A stretch of 64,000 nucleotides of DNA from Dehalococcoidia bacterium (GTDB taxonomy: Bacteria; Chloroflexota; Dehalococcoidia; Plut-88900), in the NCBI GenBank assembly GCA_965197585.1, contig OZ240215.1:3365520-3429519 (forward strand). Direction: 5' to 3'. Below the pieces are notes generated by a model. It saw only the letters and a list, made by a program, of their open reading frames with translations, did not search any database and was not told where the DNA came from. Positions 30,777 to 42,942 of this stretch are shown here, piece by piece. Positions within the stretch are counted from its first letter, which is position 1; every line of letters starts with the position of its first letter. Position numbers and translations under genes: made by a program.

Positions 30777-31970
30777 ATGCCTGAAAACCCTCTGGAATCG
30801 CTGATATTTGAAGAAGTCCGAGCCCAAGGCCCGATGACCTTCGCTCGCTTCATGGAGCTGGCGCTGTATCACGAGCCCTGGGGTTATTACTCGTCCGGCC
30901 CTGAGCGAATCGGGGCGGAGGGAGACTTCTACACGAGCCCCGTGGCCCATCCTGCCTTTGGGGCGCTGCTGACGGTGCAGCTGGCGGGGATGTGGGAGAT
31001 GATGGGAAAGCCCTCGCCGTTCCACGTGGTTGAGCTGGGGGCGGGGACGGGGGCGATGGCCAGGGACATCATCGAATACTCAAACCACGTCTCCTCCGAT
31101 TTTGCCGACGCTTTGGAATATTTGGCCATCGACAGGAGACCGATGTCCGGTGTTGAGGACGTCCCACGCATCGTGTCAGACAGCATTCCTCTCAGGGGAA
31201 TCACCGGTTGCATCCTGTCCAACGAATACCTGGATGCGATGCCCGTGCACCGGGTCAGGATGGAGGACGGGGGACTGAGGGAGTTGTACGTCGGGGTGGG
31301 GGGTGGAGAGCTTGTTGAAGTCTTAGGTAAGCCGTCTACAGGGCTCTTGCAAGAACGACTGGACGGTCTTGGCGTCACTCTAGCCGAGGACCAGCGCAGC
31401 GAAATAAACCTGGGCCTGGAAGACCTGACTCGTTCCCTTGCCGAGTCTCTGGAGTCGGGATACGTGCTAAGTGTCGACTATGGCCACGAAGCCTCGGATT
31501 TGTATTCCTCGTCCCGATTGCAGGGAACGCTGATGTGCCACTATCGGCATACGGTCAATAGCCAACCTTTCCGGCGCATCGGGTGGCAGGACATCACCGC
31601 TCACGTGGACTTCACGACGCTGATGCAGATGGGCAAGAGGTGGGGGCTTCAGGCGTGCGGACTGGTTACCCAGAGGGACTTCCTGGGCAATCTCGGCATC
31701 GTGGGGATCAGGGATGGTCTCCGTGACCTGAGACTGCCGTCGGGTCAATACAATGCCAACATGATGGGACTCGGCAACTTAATCGACTCCGAGGGGCTGG
31801 GTGGTTTCAAGGTCTGTATTCAGGCCAAGGATGTATGGGCTGGGAGGTTGTCCGGGCTCGGTGGCGAGGGCCTCATCTTCGACGGTGGCCTGCCCGTGCC
31901 CCTCCTATCCGAGCGGCATGTCAATCTGCTGGAGGGCAAGTATCCCCACATGGCGTGGGACGCGGGGTAA
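30777..31970 (+). CDS. MidA/NDUFAF7-family SAM-dependent methyltransferase
   Basis: FARFMELALY, GDFYTSP, ELGAGTG, NEYLDAMP, QDITAHVDF. Confidence 0.9.
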   Translation: MPENPLESLIFEEVRAQGPMTFARFMELALYHEPWGYYSSGPERIGAEGDFYTSPVAHPAFGALLTVQLAGMWEMMGKPSPFHVVELGAGTGAMARDIIEYSNHVSSDFADALEYLAIDRRPMSGVEDVPRIVSDSIPLRGITGCILSNEYLDAMPVHRVRMEDGGLRELYVGVGGGELVEVLGKPSTGLLQERLDGLGVTLAEDQRSEINLGLEDLTRSLAESLESGYVLSVDYGHEASDLYSSSRLQGTLMCHYRHTVNSQPFRRIGWQDITAHVDFTTLMQMGKRWGLQACGLVTQRDFLGNLGIVGIRDGLRDLRLPSGQYNANMMGLGNLIDSEGLGGFKVCIQAKDVWAGRLSGLGGEGLIFDGGLPVPLLSERHVNLLEGKYPHMAWDAG

Positions 31971-31989
31971 AGGCAGAGATTCCAGGCTT

Positions 31990-32793
31990 CTAGAACCCGG
32001 ATATATCCTCGCCGCCGTCTACGCCGATGACATCCCCGGAAATCCAACCTGTCGGACCCGTGGCCAGCATGGCGATGACGGCTGCGACGTCCTGGGGCGT
32101 GGTCATGCGGCCTCCGGGGTTGCTAGCGGAGGCGCCGGCTATGAGCTCCTCGTGGCCCGGGATCTTCCTGAGGGCGGGGGTGTCGGTTATGCCAGCCCTG
32201 ATGGCGTTCACAGTGATGCCGCGCCCGCCAAGCTCCATGGCCAGCTGTCTTACGTGGGACTCCAGTGCGGCCTTGGCGGCTGATACTGCGCCGTATGTGG
32301 GAACTACACGATGAGAACCGGCGCTGGTGAGGGCGTAGACCCGACCACCCGTAGTCATCAGGTCTCGATAGACCATGTCCTGCACCCAGTAGACCAGGGA
32401 GTTCGCCATGACGTGCAGTGTCATGTCCATCTGGGCCTGGGTCAGCGAGTCTTTGGGGTCTTCCGCCACGTAGGCCTTGAGGGTGCCAAAGGCCAGCGAG
32501 TGTACCAGCACCTTAACCGAGGAGCCCGGCGACAGGTTCTCCTTCACACTATCGAGGACGGTTGCTCTTTTTCCATCATCGGCGGCGTTGGTGTTGAAGA
32601 ACAGGGCCCTGACGCCCAAGGCTTCAACTTTCGCAGCGACGGCTTGAGCGTTTGGCAGCGTTGCCCTTCTGTCGAGATGAACGCCTGCTATGTTAAGTCC
32701 CTTCTCCGCCAGGGCTAGAGAACAGGCTTCTCCGAATCCGCTGGACGCTCCGAGAACTATGGCCCAGTCCCGGTTGTCATTTGCTGCGTTCAA
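31990..32793 (-). CDS. SDR oxidoreductase, enoyl-ACP reductase FabL-like
   Basis: GASSGFG, YGAVSAAK (YX6K), TDTPAL. Confidence 0.85.
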   Translation of the reverse strand: MNAANDNRDWAIVLGASSGFGEACSLALAEKGLNIAGVHLDRRATLPNAQAVAAKVEALGVRALFFNTNAADDGKRATVLDSVKENLSPGSSVKVLVHSLAFGTLKAYVAEDPKDSLTQAQMDMTLHVMANSLVYWVQDMVYRDLMTTGGRVYALTSAGSHRVVPTYGAVSAAKAALESHVRQLAMELGGRGITVNAIRAGITDTPALRKIPGHEELIAGASASNPGGRMTTPQDVAAVIAMLATGPTGWISGDVIGVDGGEDISGF

Positions 32794-33182
32794 TTCGCTT
32801 TACCTCCGTGGGGGTTATCCCGGCGCCTGACGATCTCCACCGCGGCCGCCGAGAGTGTTGCGTCGGTTATCGGTACGTCGGGTTTGCTGACTTTGACCCT
32901 GACCTGCTCCACGGGGAAGTCGTGCAAAACCCGGGCAGCTATCTCCCCCGCTACGGTCTCGATGAGGTCACGGGAAGGGCCTTCGACGGTGCGTTTGACC
33001 AAGCGGAAGACTTCGCTGTAGTTGATGGTGTCTGACAGGGAGTCGGTCTGTGCGGCCCTGGCAAGGCCGGTGGACAGTTCCACGTCGACAATGAAGCGCT
33101 GCCCTTGCGTCTTCTCAATCGCATTGACGCCGTGATAGGCGTAGAACTCCATAGCCTCCAGCAGGATCTTGTCGGGCTGCAA
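32790..33182 (-). CDS. folB: dihydroneopterin aldolase
   Basis: FYAYHGV...E...GQRF, TINY, LIETVA, KP. Confidence 0.95.
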   Translation of the reverse strand: MQPDKILLEAMEFYAYHGVNAIEKTQGQRFIVDVELSTGLARAAQTDSLSDTINYSEVFRLVKRTVEGPSRDLIETVAGEIAARVLHDFPVEQVRVKVSKPDVPITDATLSAAAVEIVRRRDNPHGGKAN

Positions 33183-33190
33183 GGGAGTCC

Positions 33191-33766
33191 CTAGGACTTG
33201 ACCAGACTGCCGTCCAGCCGGAGCTCGGCGGCGACGCCCTGCATGGCCTCAATCACCGTTGCGATGTGATCGTCAAGCTCGACGCCAAGCTGGGCTGTTC
33301 CGTTGGTGATGTCTTCGCGAATCACGCCCCTGGCGAAGGACTTGTCCTTCAGCTTCTTCTTGACCGACCTGACCTTGACGTCCATGACGCTTTTGGTGGG
33401 CTGGACGAGGGCTACGGCGTTGACGAGGCCGACGAGCTCATCGCAGGCAAAAATGGCCTTATCCATATTCGCCTTCCTATCCAGGCCGAGGTAGTCGGCG
33501 TGGCACTGGATGGCGTAGATGATCTCTTCCGGGTAACCCCGTTCCCTGAGGATTTTGGAGCCTTCCATCGGGTGTTTATCCGCGGTGGGATGGACCTCGT
33601 AGTCGAAGTCGTGAAGCAGGCCTACCATGCCCCAGACGTCCTCGTCCTCCGAGAACTTGCGGGCATAGGAGCGCATGGCAGCCTCCACCCCTAGCCCGTG
33701 CTTTCGCAGGTTCTCGCTCTTGGTGTATTCGTGGAGGAGGTCCAGGGCCTCTTGCCTGGTCTTCAT
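33191..33766 (-). CDS. HD-domain phosphohydrolase
   Basis: LRKH, GLLHDFDYE, KKLKDKSFARGV. Confidence 0.88.
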   Translation of the reverse strand: MKTRQEALDLLHEYTKSENLRKHGLGVEAAMRSYARKFSEDEDVWGMVGLLHDFDYEVHPTADKHPMEGSKILRERGYPEEIIYAIQCHADYLGLDRKANMDKAIFACDELVGLVNAVALVQPTKSVMDVKVRSVKKKLKDKSFARGVIREDITNGTAQLGVELDDHIATVIEAMQGVAAELRLDGSLVKS

Positions 33767-33799
33767 AGGCTGGCGCCTCCGCTGTAAACGGGACCGGGC

Positions 33800-34261
33800 C
33801 TAAAGAGCCGCGGCCTTGGCGGCTAGGGCTGGGACATCGGGCAGGCCCCGCTCGTACACTTCAGCTGCCTGTACTACGCCCTGCTTGTCGATAAGGAAGC
33901 AGGCCCGCTTGCTGATGCCGTTCTCGGTCATGATGCCGTAGAGGTCGGCCACCGCGCCCTTGGGGTGGAAGTCGGCGAGGAGAGGGAACCAGAGACCGCC
34001 TAGGCTGAGGTCGTATACCTTGTGGGCGAAGATGCTGTCGATGCTCAGGCCGAGGACTTGGGTGTTGGCGTCGTTGAAGGAGCTCCGGGCCGCCCTAAGG
34101 GTGGCCAGTTCGGTGCTTCAGCCGCCTGTGAAATCGAGAATATAGAAAGCGAGGAGCACGTTCTTGTCGCCCCTGTAACTACTTAAGGTTACGTCCCCGC
34201 CCTGAGTGCCTTTAAGTGTAAAGTCGGGGGCTTCCTGTCCTACCTGGATTTGGTCCGCCAT
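33800..34261 (-). CDS. selenocysteine-containing peroxiredoxin (AhpC/TSA, AhpE-like), 153 aa
   Basis: GGGAGG RBS; [10 protein letters not shown]...[17 protein letters not shown]...LSIDS...FPLLADF...RACFLIDK; TGA at the peroxidatic position with a hairpin 11 nt downstream. Confidence 0.85.
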
Positions 34262-34370
34262 GATTAAATTCCTCCCACGATATTGACGAATGAGGTTGCT
34301 GCAAACAGCTTGGCAAATGATAGCACAAAGAGTTATGAGATTCAGGCACCGAAAGGGAGACGGGAGTCCG

Positions 34371-35516
34371 CTAGCCGCGCTGGTCCAGTGGGACGTACTC
34401 CAGATCCATCGGACCCGTGTACTCTGCCAGCGGCCGGATGAGAATGTTCTTCTCGTGCTGTTCCACTACTTGCAAGGTCCATCCGGGTATCCGACCCATG
34501 GCAAACAGGGGAATAAACAGATCGTCCGGGATGCCGAGAAGGTGGTAGATGGAACCGGCGTAGAAGTCCACGTTTACGAATACACCGCGCTTTCTATAGG
34601 GAGCCATCGCCTCTTCGACGCGGGTGAGGATCTGGTACCACTCGGGCTCGCCCATCTTCTCGCCCAAGTCCCGAGACCTCTCTCTGAGGTGCCTAGCCCT
34701 GGGATCCTCCGCCTTGTACACCCTGTGACCGAAGCCCATTATCCGCCCGCCGCTCTTGATGGTGTCCCTGATGTAGGTTTCGGCGTTGTCGGGTGAGCCG
34801 ATGGCCTGTGTCATGGTCTGGGCTGCCTCTGCGGCGCCCCCGTGCGCTGGCCCTTTCAACACGGCTACGCCAGTAACGATGGCCGAATGGAGGTCCGAGA
34901 TTGTGCTGGCGCAGACCCTTGCCGCAAACGCCGATGCGTTGGTTCCGTGCTCGGCGTGGAGGATGAAGTCGACGTCAAGCAGCTTGGCATCCTCATCTGT
35001 CGGTTTTTCTCCGTGAAGCATGTGGAGGAAGCTTGCAGCATGGCCTAAGGAGGGGTCGGGAGTCACGGGGTCCAGGCCCTGCCTTATCCGGTGGTGTGCG
35101 GCAACAATGGTGGAAGCCTGAGACGTTACCCGGGCGCCCTTGCGGATGTTGGCCTCGGCGGAGTTGTCGGATACGTCGGGGTCAAAGGCAGATAGTGCGG
35201 ATATCCCTGTGCGCAGGACATCCATCGGGTGGGCATCCTTGACCAGGTCTATCACCTGGTAAACGGCATCGGGAATTTGGCGGCTGGACTTTAGGGTTTC
35301 GTCTATTTCGCTAAGCTGACTGCGGGTGGGCAGGGAGCCATGGAGGAGCAGATACGTGGTTTCTTCGAAAGTGGAGTTCTCGGCGAGGTCATGGATGTTG
35401 TATCCACGATAGAGGAGCTTGCCGACATCGCCGTCGATAAAAGAGGCCGCCGATCGCTCGAAGTAGATGCCTTTTAGCCCGCGGTGTAGCTGAATATCTT
35501 CTTTGGCCTCAGCCAT
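34371..35516 (-). CDS. gltA: citrate synthase
   Basis: [40 protein letters not shown]. Confidence 0.92.
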   Translation of the reverse strand: MAEAKEDIQLHRGLKGIYFERSAASFIDGDVGKLLYRGYNIHDLAENSTFEETTYLLLHGSLPTRSQLSEIDETLKSSRQIPDAVYQVIDLVKDAHPMDVLRTGISALSAFDPDVSDNSAEANIRKGARVTSQASTIVAAHHRIRQGLDPVTPDPSLGHAASFLHMLHGEKPTDEDAKLLDVDFILHAEHGTNASAFAARVCASTISDLHSAIVTGVAVLKGPAHGGAAEAAQTMTQAIGSPDNAETYIRDTIKSGGRIMGFGHRVYKAEDPRARHLRERSRDLGEKMGEPEWYQILTRVEEAMAPYRKRGVFVNVDFYAGSIYHLLGIPDDLFIPLFAMGRIPGWTLQVVEQHEKNILIRPLAEYTGPMDLEYVPLDQRG

Positions 35517-35807
35517 TCGTGCCCCCTGAGCAGCCTGTCATGATACTGTCAAATTATAGGTCCCGGGCTAGAGCCTTCCGAGCCAAGAACCCCGGTCCGT
35601 TTGAACGCCACTGGGGACCATAAGCCCCGGCCCCCCCTTGGGCGACATGACCGACACTCGACCGCATGGGTCCAAAAGTGTCGGGTACCAAAGCCCGGAC
35701 TGGGCTGGCTGGAATCTGGCCTGCTCGAGTACCGGTTTTGGACTTTATCATTCTGCCCGTCTGAGTGTCAAGGAACGGGATTTGGGATGTGTTTGAGGGC
35801 CCGCAAG

Positions 35808-35836
35808 TTGACATCCGGCCCTCTAGATGCTAGGAT
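35808..35836 (+). promoter_or_regulatory. sigma70 promoter of korAB
   Basis: TTGACA-N17-TAGGAT; divergent TTGACA-N18-TAAAGT at 35771-35742 for gltA. Confidence 0.6.
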
Positions 35837-36031
35837 TTTCCGGCCACTCGTGCCTAGGCAGTGGGGGGTCTTGCGCGATGGCGGGTTCCTTTGGCATCGC
35901 CTCCTGATGCGCGTGTGAGGAAAGAAGAAGGGGAACAAAAACGGACATGTTAGGCGCGGCCGCGTCCTCTTAGGGCCCCAGTTGTGGATGCTCAAACCGT
36001 TACAGCGGTCGGCTAGACGGGAGAAAGGCAA

Positions 36032-37747
36032 TTGGAGACAAGAGACTTTGTAGTCCGCTTTGCAGGTGAGGGCGGGCAGGGTGTAGTGACAGCCGCCGCA
36101 GCCTTGGCGCAAGCGGCGGCTCAGGTCGGCTACCACGTCCTGACATTCTCGACTTTTCCGTCCCAGATCCGGGGTGGACCAACCTGGACCCAGGTCCGGG
36201 TAGCGACATCTCCTATTCTGAGCTCCGGGGATGACCTTAACGTCCTGGTAGCCTTCAACAAAGAAGCCTACGAGACCCACCTGGGAGAGGTTAGGGAAGA
36301 CGGCGTAGTAATATACAACACCGGTGACTTCCAGCTTGAAGAGGATGATCAGAGCGTCGGGTTGCCCTTCGAGGAATTGGCCCGCTCCACAGGCAACCTG
36401 CGGGCGGCTAACTTCGTCGTTGTAGGGGCCTTGGCCCATCTGGTCGACATGCCCCACGAGTACCTGGCGGAGTTCAACCGAAAGCGCTATACGAGAGGCC
36501 GCGCCAACGACGAGCAGATAATTGAGTCCAACAACAAGGCTCTGCTCCTCGGCAGGGAAGGCGCTGCCAAGAGCGGCTTGAGACTCGGGACCCTGGCCCC
36601 GGCCACCAAGACTGAGGGTGAGCAGGTACTTATCAACGGCAACCAGGCCCTTTCCATGGGCGCAATAGCCGCAGGGCTCGACTGCTTCATCGGCTATCCC
36701 ATCTCCCCGGCCACTTCGATACTGATATTCATGGAGAACAACCTGGTCGGGGAGGGCAAGTTCGCGTATCAGGCCAGCTCCGAAATCGAATCGATAAACT
36801 CAATAGTCGGGGCGGGGTACGCTGGCAAGAAGTCGATGACCTCCACGGCAGGACCCGGGTTCAGCCTCATGGGCGAAGGCCTCGGGTTTGCCTGGATGGC
36901 CGAGATTCCCTGCGTAGTGGTTGACGTCATGAGGGGTGGGCCGGCCACGGGACTGCCAACGAAAACCGAGCAGTCTGACCTGCTGACGGCTTTGCATCCC
37001 GCCCACGGGGACATGGAACTGCCGATTATAGCCCCGGGCGACGTGTCGGAGTGCTTTGATGCCGCGGTAAAGGCCCTTAACTGGGCGGAGCGGTACCAGG
37101 GCCCCGTGGCCCTGCTCAGCGACCACAACCTCTCCGAGAGGGCGCAGAACATTCCGAGGCCCAATCTCGAGGCCTTGGTCGTCGAAAACCGGGATGTCTA
37201 TACCGGGTCGAACGGCTACCTGCGTTATGAGGCCAGCCACGTCTCACCCATGCCCCTTCCGGGCGGACCGGGCCCCTACGTGGCCAACGCCAGCGAGCAC
37301 GACCCGTATGGAGATACAACCCACAGGCCGGACAGGCACATCCAGATGACCAATCGCAGGTTCAGCAAGCTGGATCTGCTGCTGGAGGACGAGTTCGAGG
37401 TGGAGAACGGAGATTGCCCGGTGGCGCTGTTGCCGTGGGGTGGGTCAAAAGGTCCTGGGCTGGAAGCATATCGGCAGCTCATTGCCGAGGGGTGCGATCT
37501 GGGTTGGTACTACACGATGAACATCAACCCCTTGCCTCCGACCCTGCTTAAAGAACTGAAGAAGAAAGAACTGGTAATAGTCCCAGAGCTAAACTACATG
37601 GGGCAGATGTCCATGATTCTGAGAGCTAAGGGCGTGAAAGCCGAGTCGATAACCCAGATTACGGGACTGCCGTTCAAGGTGAGAGACCTGGTAGAGCGTA
37701 TCGGGGAGAGAGTCCGGGTACAGGCTGAAAGGACAGTTCAAGTATGA
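36032..37747 (+). CDS. korA: 2-oxoacid:ferredoxin oxidoreductase alpha subunit
   Basis: AGEGGQGV, IRGG, GYPISPAT, RGGPATGLPTKTEQSD, PELNY.GQ. Confidence 0.92.
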   Translation: METRDFVVRFAGEGGQGVVTAAAALAQAAAQVGYHVLTFSTFPSQIRGGPTWTQVRVATSPILSSGDDLNVLVAFNKEAYETHLGEVREDGVVIYNTGDFQLEEDDQSVGLPFEELARSTGNLRAANFVVVGALAHLVDMPHEYLAEFNRKRYTRGRANDEQIIESNNKALLLGREGAAKSGLRLGTLAPATKTEGEQVLINGNQALSMGAIAAGLDCFIGYPISPATSILIFMENNLVGEGKFAYQASSEIESINSIVGAGYAGKKSMTSTAGPGFSLMGEGLGFAWMAEIPCVVVDVMRGGPATGLPTKTEQSDLLTALHPAHGDMELPIIAPGDVSECFDAAVKALNWAERYQGPVALLSDHNLSERAQNIPRPNLEALVVENRDVYTGSNGYLRYEASHVSPMPLPGGPGPYVANASEHDPYGDTTHRPDRHIQMTNRRFSKLDLLLEDEFEVENGDCPVALLPWGGSKGPGLEAYRQLIAEGCDLGWYYTMNINPLPPTLLKELKKKELVIVPELNYMGQMSMILRAKGVKAESITQITGLPFKVRDLVERIGERVRVQAERTVQV

Positions 37748-38643
37748 CCACACTAAAGCAGGCGCCGCGCAAGGCGCCGAAGATTAAGAATGCAGAATAC
37801 GACTTCAAGTGGTGCCCCGGCTGCGGCGACTTCGGGGTGCGGCGGGCTGTCGAGATGGCCATCCGGGAGCGGGCCTTGAGAGACGAGGCCCCTCTTACCG
37901 AGACGGTCATAGTCGCGGGTATAGGCTGCTCCGGTAACCTGGTCCACCTGGTCGAGGGCGAGCAGCCCTTCGGGATCCACGGAGTCCACGGGCGCACACT
38001 GCCCCAGGCGTTTGGCATAAAGATGGCCCGGCCGGAGTTGAACGTTCTTGTGGTCGCAGGAGACGGGGACTTTCTCAGCATCGGGGGAGAGCACATCGTG
38101 CCTCAGGCCCAGAGGAACCTGGACGTCTGCGCTGTCATCATGGACAACGGCGTCTATGGGCTCACCAAGGGCCAGAGCTCCCCGACCACCGACATGGGTG
38201 TCAAGACTTCAAGCACACCGTTCGGCAAGATCGAGGGATCTGTGGACCCGCTGGACCTCTACCTTACCAGCGGCGCCTCATTCATCGCCTCCGGTTTTTC
38301 GGGCAAGCCCAGGGACCTGGCCTCTCTCATACTCCAGGGGATGGACCACAAGGGCTTCTCCATAGTGCACATACAGTCCCCCTGCACTGAATACAATGAC
38401 ACGTATGACCTCCTGAAGGGTAATGCCAAGCAGGGGATAAAGCCGGCGCTCTGGGCCCTGTCCGAAGACTACGATTCGAGCGACAGGATGTCGGCGTACA
38501 AGGCCATCCATGAGCCCGGGATTCCTGTAGGAATAATCTACAAGGACCCCGACTCCAAGCCCTTGCACGAGCGGCAGGATGAAGTCAGGAGCAAGGCCAG
38601 GCAGATGACTTTGGAGAAGATGCTGGACGGCTTCAGCGTCTAG
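37744..38643 (+). CDS. korB: 2-oxoacid:ferredoxin oxidoreductase beta subunit
   Basis: WCPGCGDF, GIGCS, HGR, GDGD, NGVYGLTKGQ.SPT, SPC. Confidence 0.93.
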   Translation: MTTLKQAPRKAPKIKNAEYDFKWCPGCGDFGVRRAVEMAIRERALRDEAPLTETVIVAGIGCSGNLVHLVEGEQPFGIHGVHGRTLPQAFGIKMARPELNVLVVAGDGDFLSIGGEHIVPQAQRNLDVCAVIMDNGVYGLTKGQSSPTTDMGVKTSSTPFGKIEGSVDPLDLYLTSGASFIASGFSGKPRDLASLILQGMDHKGFSIVHIQSPCTEYNDTYDLLKGNAKQGIKPALWALSEDYDSSDRMSAYKAIHEPGIPVGIIYKDPDSKPLHERQDEVRSKARQMTLEKMLDGFSV

Positions 38644-38691
38644 TTGCCGCTCTCGGGCAATCCGGTGCCCACGTAGACGAATTTGAAATTG

Positions 38692-38725
38692 CTTTGGGCC
38701 GCTGTTAAGCGGCCCAAAGTCTTTT
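38692..38725 (+). terminator. intrinsic terminator after korB
   Basis: CTTTGGGCCGCT-GTTA-AGCGGCCCAAAG followed by TCTTTT. Confidence 0.7.
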
Positions 38726-38729
38726 AAGC

Positions 38730-39428
38730 ATGATAGCCGAACAGAAACAAGCCTCCATTGCTAAGGGAGAAGCACGGGTCCTGGATCTTGGCTTGGTGGA
38801 TTATCAGTCTGCCCTTGACCTGCAGACCGACCTCAGAGACCGGCGCATTGCCGGTGAGATACCCGACACCCTCGTCCTGCTCGAACACCCGCCGGTCATA
38901 ACGCTCGGGCGGTCGGGCAACATGGAGAACATCCTGGTCCCCCAATCGGAGTTGGCCGACCGCGGGATCCAGTTTTTCCACGCCAGCCGGGGAGGAGACG
39001 TCACTTACCACGGCCCCGGTCAGATTGTCGGATATACGATCATGGACCTCACCCGGCATGGGATAGACCTTCGCAAGCACCTGTGGAAGCTGGAAGAGGT
39101 CTTGATACGCGCCCTTGAGGGCCTCGGGGTCGGGGGGAGAAGGCGGGAGGGGTTGACGGGGGTGTGGGTTGGAGAAAACAAGATCGCCTCGATAGGGATT
39201 CACGTCAAGCGCTGGGTGACGATGCACGGGTTCGCCCTAAATGTCTCCCCTGACATGGAGCACATATCGCTGATATATCCATGCGGGATCAAGGACGCAC
39301 CCATGACTTCCGTGGAGAAGATATTGGGTAGACCCGTGTCCCGGTCGGATGTCCTGAGCGCGCTTAGAGAGGCGTTCGGGCAGGTTTTTGGACTCCGATT
39401 AGAGAGTTTGCCTGAAGGAGGCGATTAA
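38730..39428 (+). CDS. lipB: lipoyl(octanoyl) transferase
   Basis: LEHPPVITLG, RGGDVTYHGPGQ, KIASIG, HGFALN, PCG. Confidence 0.95.
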   Translation: MIAEQKQASIAKGEARVLDLGLVDYQSALDLQTDLRDRRIAGEIPDTLVLLEHPPVITLGRSGNMENILVPQSELADRGIQFFHASRGGDVTYHGPGQIVGYTIMDLTRHGIDLRKHLWKLEEVLIRALEGLGVGGRRREGLTGVWVGENKIASIGIHVKRWVTMHGFALNVSPDMEHISLIYPCGIKDAPMTSVEKILGRPVSRSDVLSALREAFGQVFGLRLESLPEGGD

Positions 39429-39476
39429 CAAATACAACCCCTGATCCCGTTCACATAGAGGGGTGACATCACCCCC

Positions 39477-39541
39477 TTGCGAAACGCTATTTCTGGCGTT
39501 AAAATCTGCACCGGTTAGCACTCGGGCCACTTGAGTGCTAA
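39477..39541 (+). promoter_or_regulatory. groESL promoter with CIRCE operator (HrcA site)
   Basis: TTGCGA-N17-TAAAAT, then perfect TTAGCACTC-N9-GAGTGCTAA at 39515-39541. Confidence 0.95.
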
Positions 39542-39580
39542 AATTTTGCACAGAGGGATGATTCGAAAGGAGGATTCATA

Positions 39581-39874
39581 TTGACACGAACGCTTGAACC
39601 GTTGGGAGACGGAGTGCTTATCAAGCCCGCCGAAAAAGAGGAGGTCACGGCCAGCGGCCTTGTACTTCCCGACACGGCTAGAGAGAAGCCCCAAGAGGGC
39701 GAGGTCATAACCGTGGGCCCCGGTCGTCTCGATGACGACGGCAACCGGATAGCCATGGAGGTGAAAAAGGGCGACATGGTCATGTTCCGGAAGTACTCCG
39801 GCACCGAGTTGAAAGAGGATGACGAGGATTACCTGATAGTGCGGGAGTCCGACATCGTCGCCAAGATAACCTAG
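39581..39874 (+). CDS. groES: co-chaperonin GroES
   Basis: [28 protein letters not shown]. Confidence 0.97.
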   Translation: MTRTLEPLGDGVLIKPAEKEEVTASGLVLPDTAREKPQEGEVITVGPGRLDDDGNRIAMEVKKGDMVMFRKYSGTELKEDDEDYLIVRESDIVAKIT

Positions 39875-39919
39875 GTCTGGGTCACACCTGGATCGGGAAG
39901 AATTAGGAAAGGAGCTTAA

Positions 39920-41539
<1,620 letters not shown>

Positions 41540-41574
41540 TCCAACAGCACGGCGATTCACAACCGAATAGTAAT

Positions 41575-41660
41575 AATGGGTCGGCGCTTAGCGCCGACCC
41601 ATTGTTCTTTCCGAAGAGTTTTGCGTTATTGGTGGATGCGCTTAGCGCATCCACCAATAA
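41575..41660. terminator. two perfect hairpins after groEL (terminator / REP-like)
   Basis: 13-bp stem 41575-41603 and 16-bp stem 41626-41660, both with core GCGC-TTA-GCGC. Confidence 0.75.
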
Positions 41661-41697
41661 TAGGTTTAAGGGGGATGGGGACTGGGGGATCGTTCTA

Positions 41698-42894
41698 GGA
41701 AACCTCTGAACAAGTATAGGGGCATAGGTAATAGTAAGATAAGGGGACTAACGCCAAAGCTGGGGAGAGATTTGATGGAGCAGCCCACATTTGCAGACTT
41801 GGAATACGAGGGCAAGAAGCGAAAGACCCGCCGGGAGATATTTCTGGAGCGGATGGAGGACCTGGTTCCATGGGGAAAGTTGGAGGAGCGAATCCGGCCC
41901 TACTATTCCAGGGCGGGCCGTGGACGGAGGCCCTACGAGTTATCCGTGATGCTGCGGATACACTGCGTGCAGTTGTTCTACAACCTGAGCGATCCGGGCA
42001 TGGAGGACATGCTCTACGAGGTGGAGTCGGTGAGGCGGTTCACAGGTCTGAGGCTGTCCGGCCCCTTGCCTGACGAGACTACGATACTGAACTTCCGCCA
42101 TCTGCTGGAAGAGCAGGAGTTGGGTCGGGGGCTGTTCGAGGAGATCAACCGTCATCTGGAGTCTCGGGGACTGAGGCTCAGGGAGGGTACGATTGTGGAT
42201 GCGAGCATCATCGAGGCGCCGGCGTCTACGAAGAACCGTACTGGAGAGCGAGACCCCGATATGCACCAGGTGAAGAAGGGGAAGGAGTGGCACTTCGGGA
42301 TGAAAGTGCACATTGGTGCAGACGCTGACACGGGGGTAGTGCACAGTATGAGTACGACAGCTGCGAACGTGCATGACGTGACGGAGGCGCACCGGCTGCT
42401 GCATGGAGGGGAGAGGCGAGTGTGGGGAGATGCGGGATATCAGGGAGTGGAGAAGCGGGCGGAGAATCGGGATATGGATGTGGAGTGGCGGGTGGCGATG
42501 AGACCCGGACGGCGTCGGAAACTGAGGGCGGGGAGCTGCGAAGCCTTGGCGGAGAAGAGCAAATCATCCATCAGGGCTAAGGTGGAGCATCCGTTCCTGT
42601 ACGTGAAACGGCACTTCGGCTACGCCAAGGTCCGCTACAGGGGCCTGTACAAGAACACGCAACGGGTGGCGATGCTGCTGGGGCTGGCCAACTTGGTAAG
42701 GGCCGAGCGCCACTTAGCGGTGTGACGGGGAAGCAGTGTGCCCAAATCCAGGTTGATGGTGACTGGATGCCCTGACAGGCCAGAACATAGGATGCAAATA
42801 AGCCTCCGGGACGCAACATTACGACCCAACCTCTCCTCAAAACTCCATGCAAGACAACTTAAGCTGGTTTACAGTGAGTTGTTCAGAGGTTCCC
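41698..42894 (+). mobile_element. IS5-family insertion sequence
   Basis: Terminal IRs GGAAACCTCTGAACAA / TTGTTCAGAGGTTCCC; CTAG at both junctions. Confidence 0.92.
41772..42725 (+). CDS. IS5 family transposase
   Basis: PDETTILNFRHLL, GTIVDASII, WHFGMKVHIG, GDAGY, RAKVEHPF. Confidence 0.96.
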   Translation: MMEQPTFADLEYEGKKRKTRREIFLERMEDLVPWGKLEERIRPYYSRAGRGRRPYELSVMLRIHCVQLFYNLSDPGMEDMLYEVESVRRFTGLRLSGPLPDETTILNFRHLLEEQELGRGLFEEINRHLESRGLRLREGTIVDASIIEAPASTKNRTGERDPDMHQVKKGKEWHFGMKVHIGADADTGVVHSMSTTAANVHDVTEAHRLLHGGERRVWGDAGYQGVEKRAENRDMDVEWRVAMRPGRRRKLRAGSCEALAEKSKSSIRAKVEHPFLYVKRHFGYAKVRYRGLYKNTQRVAMLLGLANLVRAERHLAV

Positions 42895-42942
42895 TAGCTC
42901 CCTCTTAATAGAGAGATGGAATGAGGAACGAAACGGGAAAGT

